From Candidatus Fraserbacteria bacterium (GTDB lineage Bacteria > Bipolaricaulota > Bipolaricaulia > RBG-16-55-9 > JANLFV01): a stretch of DNA of 27,624 nucleotides. The translations under genes and the position numbers were made by a program. Numbering within the stretch: position 1 is the first letter of the stretch; every line of letters begins with the position of its first letter. The DNA lies in assembly GCA_037446135.1 (NCBI GenBank), contig JBBIJD010000016.1:1-27624 (forward strand). The letters are read 5' to 3'. This document shows, piece by piece, positions 17,457 to 24,500 of this stretch. Below the pieces are notes generated by a model, which was given only the letters and a program-made list of their open reading frames with translations, was not told where the DNA came from and did no database searches.

Positions 17457-18632
17457 ATGCTTGTGATCGGTCTAATGTCCGGCACCTCCATGGACGGGAT
17501 CACTGCCGTCCTCGTGGAGATCAGGGAGTTAGAGCCGAGGGAAGGAGCGGAACCCAAGCTCATAGCGAAATTAATAGAACTGGAAACCTATCCTTACCCA
17601 TCAGAACTTAAGCGCCATCTGCTCACCTTAAGGGAATCGGGAAGAGTGGAGGAGCTCTGCTGCATGGATTTCTATCTAGGGGAGCTCTTTGCCCAGGCGG
17701 CCCTGAAGGTCATGGAGAAGGCCGGCAGGTCCAGAGAGGAGATCGATCTGATCGGCAGCCATGGCCAGACGATCTGCCACCTTTCCCAAGGGCTGGAAGG
17801 CTTCGAGTTCTCTGCCCCTTCAACATTGCAGATCGGGGAGATCGATGTGATCGCCGAGCGGACGAAGATCACTACTGTGGGAGATTTCCGCCCGAAAGAT
17901 CTGGCCGCGGGTGGCGAAGGTGCTCCTCTCATCCCCTACGCCGATTACCATCTCTTTCATGACCCGGAGAGGCATAGAGCTATCCTGAACATCGGGGGTA
18001 TTGCCAATATTACCTACCTCCCTGCCGGGGCTGGGCTTAACGAGATCATCGCCTTCGATACCGGCCCGGGCAACATGATCATCGACGGGGTCCTCCGCCG
18101 GCTCACCGGCGATGAGCAGGCTTATGACAGGAATGGCGAGATGGCGGCCAAGGGGAGAGTGAACCAGAGGCTGCTACAGGAATTGTTGCAGCATCCCTTC
18201 ATCAGTCGCCGGCCTCCAAAGAGCACTGGGAGGGAGGAGTTTGGGGAGGAGTTCTTGAACTGGTTAATGGAACGAGCCCGTCCGCTCCGACTGAGAAATG
18301 AGGACCTTGTCGCTACCGTGACGGCTTTCACGGCCGAGGCCATCGCTGAGAATTGTCGGAGGTTCCTAGGGGGAATTGATGAGCTTATCGTAGGCGGCGG
18401 AGGGGCCTATAACCGAACGCTCCTGCGAATGCTGGAAGAGAGACTTAAAGGGGTCTATGTTACAACGACTCAAGCTTACGGCATCCCAGTTGAGGCTAAG
18501 GAGGCGATGGGTTTTGCGATCCTCGCTTATCAGGCCTTCCATCGCAGGGCCAATAATGTTCCCAGTGCCACGGGAGCCAAGCATCCCGTAGTGCTGGGGA
18601 AGATCAGTTGGGGAGCACTTAAGGGGCAGTGA
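17457..18632 (+). CDS. anmK: Anhydro-N-acetylmuramic acid kinase
   Basis: GLMSGTSMDG, IGSHGQT, DFR..DLAAGGEGAPL, LNIGGIAN, FDTGPGN, PPKSTGRE, KEA..FA and PSATGA. Confidence 0.96.
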   Translation: MLVIGLMSGTSMDGITAVLVEIRELEPREGAEPKLIAKLIELETYPYPSELKRHLLTLRESGRVEELCCMDFYLGELFAQAALKVMEKAGRSREEIDLIGSHGQTICHLSQGLEGFEFSAPSTLQIGEIDVIAERTKITTVGDFRPKDLAAGGEGAPLIPYADYHLFHDPERHRAILNIGGIANITYLPAGAGLNEIIAFDTGPGNMIIDGVLRRLTGDEQAYDRNGEMAAKGRVNQRLLQELLQHPFISRRPPKSTGREEFGEEFLNWLMERARPLRLRNEDLVATVTAFTAEAIAENCRRFLGGIDELIVGGGGAYNRTLLRMLEERLKGVYVTTTQAYGIPVEAKEAMGFAILAYQAFHRRANNVPSATGAKHPVVLGKISWGALKGQ

Positions 18633-19756
18633 TGGACGAGTTAGGGTTCGGTGATCCAGAGGATGTAGGGATGGCTGGGGGACGCCTTCAAACCGTTGAT
18701 ACCGTTATCCAATCCGCCTTAGCTAAGAGCATCTTCCCAGGAGCAGTGCTGCTGCTTGCGCGGAAGGGAAAGGTCATCAAGTATTCCAGCTATGGGCTGG
18801 CCGTGAAGGTTCCCGAACCGCGAGAGATGAGCAAAGCCACCATCTTCGATCTTGCTTCCCTGACCAAAGCGGTCGTCACCGTGCCTCTAGCATTAGCACT
18901 CGTGGAACGCGGCATTTGGCACCTGCAGGACTCTGTTGAGAAGTTCCTCCCTCAGTCTAACCTCCCAGGAGTTACCCTTTGGCATTTGCTGACACACACT
19001 TCCGGCCTGCCGGCCTGGGCCAATCTCTTCTACAAGGGGGCTGGCAGGGAGGGAGTCTTCCAAGAGCTGTTCAGCTATAGGTGGCCCATCATCGCCCCCA
19101 CCTTTAGGCCAGGCGAGAGGGTAATCTACAGCGACTTAGGATATATCCTTTTGGGATGGGCGATCGAAAAGGCCGCCGGGAAGCCCCTGGATGTGTTAGC
19201 TAAGGACTGGATCTTCGCCCCCCTCGGAATGCAGGATACCTTCTTTAACCCCCCTCAAGCGCTGAAGTCCCGGATAGCCGCGACTGAAGATGACCCCGGC
19301 CGTGGCGGGGTTTTGATCGGGGTGGTCCACGATGAAAACGCTTGGGCCATGGGGGGCGTGAGTGGCCACGCCGGCCTTTTTTCGACGGCTTGGGACCTGG
19401 CGCTCTTCGCCCAGATGATCCTCAGTAAGGGGAGTTACGCTGGGAAAAGGATCCTATCGCCCACCTCGATCCGCTTGATGAGCTCACCCCAAACGGAGGG
19501 ATTGAACGAGCGGCGGGGCTTGGGTTGGCTCCTCCAGGGGAGTGGGACCCTCCCTGCGGGTGACCTATTATCGGATCGGGCCTTCGGCCACACAGGCTTC
19601 ACTGGCACATCCCTTTGGATCGATCCCCTCTATGAACTGATCGTGATCTTCCTGACCAACTGCGTCCATCCCAAGCGAAGGCCGACGCAGGAAGAGATGC
19701 AACGGACCAGAGCCCTTGTGCATAACTCCGTTGCAGGTGCCATTGTCGATGAGTAA
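18632..19756 (+). CDS. Beta-lactamase-family (class C-like) serine hydrolase; AmiE/YbbE-like muramoyl-L-alanine amidase candidate
   Basis: FDLASLTK (SxxK), LLTHTSGL, YSDLGYILLG, GVVHDENA...GGVSGHAGLFS and FGHTGFTGTSLWIDP; no signal peptide; TGATG overlap with anmK. Confidence 0.88.
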   Translation: MDELGFGDPEDVGMAGGRLQTVDTVIQSALAKSIFPGAVLLLARKGKVIKYSSYGLAVKVPEPREMSKATIFDLASLTKAVVTVPLALALVERGIWHLQDSVEKFLPQSNLPGVTLWHLLTHTSGLPAWANLFYKGAGREGVFQELFSYRWPIIAPTFRPGERVIYSDLGYILLGWAIEKAAGKPLDVLAKDWIFAPLGMQDTFFNPPQALKSRIAATEDDPGRGGVLIGVVHDENAWAMGGVSGHAGLFSTAWDLALFAQMILSKGSYAGKRILSPTSIRLMSSPQTEGLNERRGLGWLLQGSGTLPAGDLLSDRAFGHTGFTGTSLWIDPLYELIVIFLTNCVHPKRRPTQEEMQRTRALVHNSVAGAIVDE

Positions 19757-20933
19757 CCATCTGCTCATCCGCCGAGGGGTGGTCATCTTCGTGGAGGACG
19801 GGCACCAGAAGAAGGTGGCGGATCTTTATATAGCTAGTGGAAAAATCGAGCGATTAGGAGAGGTGGGAGCAATCCAACAGAGTGGCGTGGAGGTGCTCGA
19901 TGCCTCAGGGCTTTATGTCTCCCCCGGCTTCATTGATCTCCAGGTCAACGGGGGAGGGGGCCACAATTTCACCGATGCCCGGGAAGGGGAGATCCAGGAG
20001 ATCATCTCTCTCCATGCCGGCCATGGGACGACGGGGCTCTTGGCGACTTTGATCACCGGCCCGATGGGCCAGCTGAGGGAGGCCATGGAGGCCATCGCGC
20101 GGGCCCGGGCCACCGGAGCCAAGGTTGTCTTAGGGGTCCACTTCGAGGGGCCGTTCATCTCCCCGGAGAGGCCCGGGGCCCACAACCACGAATACATCCT
20201 CAAACCTTCGCTAGAGCAGTTTCGGGCTTTAACGGCCAACTATCGCGACTTGATCAAGGTCGTGACTCTGGCCCCCGAGCTCCCCGGCGGGGACCGCTTG
20301 ATTGAAGAGATCCAGGAGTTTGCCGTCCCCGCCCTCGGCCACTCCAACGCCACCTACGAGGAGGCCCGCGCAGCGGTAGAGAGGGGCGTGAGGCTGTTCA
20401 CCCACATCTTTAATGCCATGAGCGGATTCCATCATCGGGAGCCTGGGGCCGTCGGCGCGGCCCTCGATTCAGATGCGATGGTCAGCCTGATCGCTGATGG
20501 GGTCCATCTCCATCCCGCGGCGGTGAGGCTCCTTCTCAAAGTAAAGGGTATTGACAAGATCTGCCTCATCACCGACAGCATCAGTGCTGCTGGCCTCGGC
20601 GATGGGCGCTATTCCCTAGCGGGGCAAGAGGTCTTCGTCGAGAGCGGGGTGGCCAGGTTAGCCGATGGGACCCTCGCCGGGAGCACCCTGACCATGGAGA
20701 AGGCAGTGAAGAACTTCCTGGAGTTCACCGGCTGCTCCCTTCCAGAGGCGGTGAGGGCGGCCAGCTTGAACCCGGCCAGGCTCCTCGGGCTGGAGCGGAG
20801 GAAGGGGACCATCGCCGTGGGCAAGGATGCCGACCTTGTGATCTTCGACGAGGCCTTCAATGTCCACTACACGATCATCGGGGGTGAGATAGTCTTCTCG
20901 AGGGATAAGAATGAAGCTCATCGTCTTAGCTGA
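19749..20933 (+). CDS. nagA: N-acetylglucosamine-6-phosphate deacetylase
   Basis: PGFIDLQVNG, HFEGPF, TLAPE, GHSNA, THIFNAM, IADGVH, ITD, LAGS and NPA; the start was set to the in-frame ATG 19749. Confidence 0.95.
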   Translation: MSNHLLIRRGVVIFVEDGHQKKVADLYIASGKIERLGEVGAIQQSGVEVLDASGLYVSPGFIDLQVNGGGGHNFTDAREGEIQEIISLHAGHGTTGLLATLITGPMGQLREAMEAIARARATGAKVVLGVHFEGPFISPERPGAHNHEYILKPSLEQFRALTANYRDLIKVVTLAPELPGGDRLIEEIQEFAVPALGHSNATYEEARAAVERGVRLFTHIFNAMSGFHHREPGAVGAALDSDAMVSLIADGVHLHPAAVRLLLKVKGIDKICLITDSISAAGLGDGRYSLAGQEVFVESGVARLADGTLAGSTLTMEKAVKNFLEFTGCSLPEAVRAASLNPARLLGLERRKGTIAVGKDADLVIFDEAFNVHYTIIGGEIVFSRDKNEAHRLS

Positions 20934-21639
20934 TTACGAGGGGTTGAGCCGCGAGGCGGCCAGGGTCGTGGCCCGGCAGATCCTGCTCAAGGGGGACTCG
21001 GTCCTCGGCCTCCCCACGGGCGAGACCCCGATCGGGATGTATGAGAATTTAATCCGCTTCTACGATCAGGGCCTCCTCGACCTCTCAAGGGTGATCACCT
21101 TCAACCTCGATGAATACTACGGCCTCCCTCAGGACCACCCCCAGAGCTACCGCCGCTACATGAGGGAGAGGTTCTTCAGGCATGTGAACATCCCTGAGGA
21201 GAACATTCACATCCCCGACGGGCTCGTTCCCGATCCGGAGGAGGAGTGCCGGAGGTATGAGGCGGAGCTCGCCCGGCATGGGGGGCTCGACCTTCTGATA
21301 TTAGGCTTAGGTCCGAACGGCCACATCGGGTTCAACGAGCCCGGCTCGGACTGGGGGACAGAGACGAGGCTTGTGGCCCTCTCGGAGGAGACAAGAAGGA
21401 GGGAGGCGAGGCGATTTGGGAGCTTAGATCTGGTCCCGACCCGAGCGATCACGATGGGGATCAAGACGATCATGCGGGCGAGGAAGATCCTCCTGCTTGC
21501 CAGCGGGCGGGAGAAGGCCCTGGCTCTCAAAAAGGCGGTTCAAGGGCCGATCACTAAGGCCGTCCCCGCCTCGGTCTTGCAGCTCCATCCCGAAGTCACG
21601 GTCATCCTGGATCGAGAAGCCGGCTCACTCCTCTCTTGA
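20911..21639 (+). CDS. nagB: Glucosamine-6-phosphate deaminase
   Basis: LGLPTGETP, FNLDEYYGL, GLGPNGHIGFNEPGS, AITMGI and PASVLQLH. Confidence 0.96.
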   Translation: MKLIVLADYEGLSREAARVVARQILLKGDSVLGLPTGETPIGMYENLIRFYDQGLLDLSRVITFNLDEYYGLPQDHPQSYRRYMRERFFRHVNIPEENIHIPDGLVPDPEEECRRYEAELARHGGLDLLILGLGPNGHIGFNEPGSDWGTETRLVALSEETRRREARRFGSLDLVPTRAITMGIKTIMRARKILLLASGREKALALKKAVQGPITKAVPASVLQLHPEVTVILDREAGSLLS

Positions 21640-21674
21640 CCCAGCTCCCATCCCAAGCTATGCTAGGTCAAGAG
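21633..21674 (+). promoter_or_regulatory. Promoter nested inside a 13-bp inverted repeat
   Basis: TTGACC (21636-21641, containing the nagB TGA), 17 nt spacer, TATGCT (21659-21664). The arms CTCTTGACCCAGC (21633-21645) and GCTAGGTCAAGAG (21662-21674) have 1 mismatch. Confidence 0.65.
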
Positions 21675-21698
21675 GACGACGAGGCCGCCTATCTCTGA

Positions 21699-22790
21699 AT
21701 GAGAAGCTATCTTGCTGGATTCGATCTCGGCGGGACGAAGCTCAGCCTCATCATTGCTGATCGGGCCGGGCAGATCCGTCTCCGCCTGAGAGAGGAGACG
21801 GATGCCAGCTCAAAGCACTTCGAACCATATAGAGACGGCTGGGCCTACTTCGGCCTCGCTGAGCAGATGATCCTCCTCCTCCGGCAGGCTCTTAAAGAAG
21901 TGGGCGAGGAGGTCGCGGCGATCGGGATCGGCTCCGCCGGGCCACTGAAGGCCGGTAGCATCTGCAACTCAGCGAATATCAAGCCGGTCAACCTTCCGGA
22001 TGATGCAGAAGGGAAGCCGTTGTATATCCCCTTGGTCGAGCCGCTGCGCGAGGAATTCCATTGCCCTGTTCGATTGGAGAATGACTGCAACGCCGCGGTC
22101 CTGGGGGAGGTCTACTTCGGGATCGGGAAGGATGTAAAGGATAAGCGCGCTCTCCACCTTGTCTACGTCACCTTGAGCACCGGCTTCGGCGGAGGCGTCT
22201 GGGACGGAGGCCATCTGCTGCGCGGGAAGGACGGGAATGCCGCCGAGGTCGGCCATCTCCTCGTGAAAGAGAGGGGGCTGAAATGTGGCTGTGGGAATTA
22301 TGGCTGCGCCGAGGCCTACTGCTCGGGGACCGGGATCGCCAAGAATGCTAGGATGAGGTTGCTTAAAGAGGATCTCAGGCCGAAAGAGGGCTACGGTTCC
22401 ATCATCCTCAGGCTGGCACAAGAGAGGATAGCCGCTTCCAGGGGCCTGGGGCCTCCCAGATGGCAGCTATTGGAGTTCATCACCGCTCCGGTGATCTTCC
22501 AAGCGGCCGAGGCGGGCGACCGCTTGGCCCAAGAAGTGATCGCTGAGGCCTGTCATTACGGTGGGATCGCCCTCGCGAACATCGCCAACGCCTACGATCC
22601 TCAAGCCATCACGGTCGGCGGCCCCTTAGCGCTGGAGCACCCTTCGATCCTCGAGCCGATGCGGCAGGAGATGCTCAAGCATCTCGTCGTTGCGCCGCCT
22701 CAGGTCCTCCTGACACCCCTCGGGGCCGAAGCTGTGGGGTATGGCGCCCTCGTCCTGGCCCGCGAGGCCGCCGGATCTCCCGGATCTTGA
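21699..22790 (+). CDS. ROK family sugar kinase (glucokinase/hexokinase-like)
   Basis: FDLGGTK ATP motif, GIGSAGPL, LENDCNAAVLGE, TLSTGFGGG, GNAAEVGH and the Zn motif CGCGNYGCAE; no HTH. Confidence 0.9.
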   Translation: MRSYLAGFDLGGTKLSLIIADRAGQIRLRLREETDASSKHFEPYRDGWAYFGLAEQMILLLRQALKEVGEEVAAIGIGSAGPLKAGSICNSANIKPVNLPDDAEGKPLYIPLVEPLREEFHCPVRLENDCNAAVLGEVYFGIGKDVKDKRALHLVYVTLSTGFGGGVWDGGHLLRGKDGNAAEVGHLLVKERGLKCGCGNYGCAEAYCSGTGIAKNARMRLLKEDLRPKEGYGSIILRLAQERIAASRGLGPPRWQLLEFITAPVIFQAAEAGDRLAQEVIAEACHYGGIALANIANAYDPQAITVGGPLALEHPSILEPMRQEMLKHLVVAPPQVLLTPLGAEAVGYGALVLAREAAGSPGS

Positions 22791-22815
22791 CCCCAGCTCA
22801 GAGCTGTGCTATATT
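22787..22815 (+). promoter_or_regulatory. Putative sigma70 promoter of the hexose ABC operon
   Basis: TTGACC (22787-22792, containing the kinase TGA), 17 nt spacer ending in TGC, TATATT (22810-22815). Confidence 0.75.
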
Positions 22816-22882
22816 TTTGATGGAAGGGGGTGATAAAAGGACAAGATAAAAAGCTAGATTCTTCCCCAAGAAAGGAGGAAAG

Positions 22883-24400
22883 ATGAGGCAAGCCAAGCTC
22901 TTGCGAAGGGTCGTGTTGCTCGGGCTATTGGCGGTCCTTCTGTCAATAGCGATTGGGGCAGCTCAGCCGGGGCAGGAGTATGTCGCTCCGGCGGAGACCA
23001 CCTTGAAGGCCGTAGCCCAGCAGTTCTTCGGCAATGAGGGCTACTGGACGGGCGTGATGGGGGCCACTAACAGGAAACACATCCAAGACCCATCTTTCAT
23101 CCTCATCGAGAACCCTGAGCTCCCCATCAAGGCGGGCGCGAAGCTCTGGATCCCCACCAAGGCCTGGGCCGATAGATTCATGTGGGTCTGCTATCCCGAC
23201 TCCAGGGTCTTCCCCCAGTGCCTCTTCGGCGGGGGCCAACTGGTGGTCGCAAGCTGGTGGACCGCGGGAGGGGAGGCAGAAGGATTAGCAGCTCTATTCG
23301 AGATCTACAAGGAGGAAGCCCCCGATGTGCAGGTTGTGAATGCCACCATCGCCGGTGGTGCCGGCTTTGCCTTTCGGGCCGTGATCAAGCCGAGGATCAT
23401 CGCCGGGAACCCACCCGATACCTTCCAGCTCCACGCCGGCCTGGAGGTCGAGGGCTACGAACCCGAGAAGTATCTGAAACCACTGGATGATCTCTACGCT
23501 CTCGAGGGCTGGGACAAGGTCTTCCCCAAGGACCTGCTCGAGCTCCTCCTCTACAAGGGCCATTACTGGGGCGTCCCGGTCAACATCCACCGCTCCAATG
23601 TCCTCTGGTATAACAAAGAGATCTTCGCGAGATACGGCCTTACCCCGCCAGCGACTTGGGCCGATTTCTTCGCGATCGCTGACACCCTGAAGGCGCAGGG
23701 GATCGCCCCGATCGTCCTGGGTAACGCCGGCGGGTGGGAGGCACCCCATGCCTTCGAGGGCATCTTGGCCGGCACATGCGGGGCCACGAAATATAAGGGC
23801 CTGTGGACCGGCGCGGTCCCCTGGACTGACTCCTGTGTCACCGATGCGCTTAATGTCCTCAAGCGGATCCTCGACTATGTGAACCCCGACTATGCTGCCC
23901 TTACCTGGGATACGGTCCTGGAATACCTAAAGGCCGGCACGGGCGCGATGAATATCATGGGCGACTGGGCGATGGGCTGGTTCATGGCCAAGGGGGTGGA
24001 CATCGGCTGGGCTCCGCCTCCGGGGACGAAGGGGATCTATGTGGCACTCTCCGACTCCTTCTCCTTCCCCATCGCCGCTCCGAACGCGGCCAATGTCCCG
24101 ATCTGGCTCGCCGTCTGCGGCTCTAAGGAGGGCCAGATCGCCTTCAACATGAGGAAGGGCTCGATCCCCGCCCGGACCGACATCACTCCGGAGGAGAAGG
24201 CGAAGTTTAACCCCTACCTCCAGTCAGCCATGGACGATTGGGCGAGGGATGCAATCGTCCCGAGCGTCATCCACGGGGCCGCGGCCGTCGAGTCCTGGGT
24301 GACCGATTTTAAGGATGTCATTAACCTCTTCTTAGCTGCAAAAGATGTCAAAGATGCTCAGGACAAGCTGGTCAGGGCGGCTCAGGCAGCCCTGAAGTAG
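22883..24400 (+). CDS. Glucose/mannose-type sugar ABC substrate-binding protein with N-terminal LysM-like domain
   Basis: Signal peptide ending IGAA; aa ~31-91 are LysM-like. These are followed by SWWTAGGEAEGL, NATIAGGAG, GNPPDTFQLHAG, VPVNIHRSNVLWYN, IMGDWA, LSDSF, KGSIPARTD and SVIHG, typical of Thermus-type glucose-binding proteins. SD AAAGGAGG. Confidence 0.9.
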   Translation: MRQAKLLRRVVLLGLLAVLLSIAIGAAQPGQEYVAPAETTLKAVAQQFFGNEGYWTGVMGATNRKHIQDPSFILIENPELPIKAGAKLWIPTKAWADRFMWVCYPDSRVFPQCLFGGGQLVVASWWTAGGEAEGLAALFEIYKEEAPDVQVVNATIAGGAGFAFRAVIKPRIIAGNPPDTFQLHAGLEVEGYEPEKYLKPLDDLYALEGWDKVFPKDLLELLLYKGHYWGVPVNIHRSNVLWYNKEIFARYGLTPPATWADFFAIADTLKAQGIAPIVLGNAGGWEAPHAFEGILAGTCGATKYKGLWTGAVPWTDSCVTDALNVLKRILDYVNPDYAALTWDTVLEYLKAGTGAMNIMGDWAMGWFMAKGVDIGWAPPPGTKGIYVALSDSFSFPIAAPNAANVPIWLAVCGSKEGQIAFNMRKGSIPARTDITPEEKAKFNPYLQSAMDDWARDAIVPSVIHGAAAVESWVTDFKDVINLFLAAKDVKDAQDKLVRAAQAALK

Positions 24401-24437
24401 GATCGTGCCCCACTAGTCGGACGGGATATTTAGGGAA

Positions 24438-24477
24438 AGGGCAGCCCGGCTCGACTCGGCAAGAGCCGGGCTGCCCT
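24438..24477 (+). terminator. Perfect 15-bp hairpin after the SBP gene (stabiliser/partial terminator)
   Basis: AGGGCAGCCCGGCTC-gactcggcaa-GAGCCGGGCTGCCCT followed by GTATACTTT. Confidence 0.75.
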
Positions 24478-24500
24478 GTATACTTTCCCCGGGGGTCTGG

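Noticed and set aside
18632..19756. Antibiotic-resistance beta-lactamase
   Set aside because: There is no signal peptide, the motif is YSD rather than YxN, and the operon context indicates cell-wall recycling.
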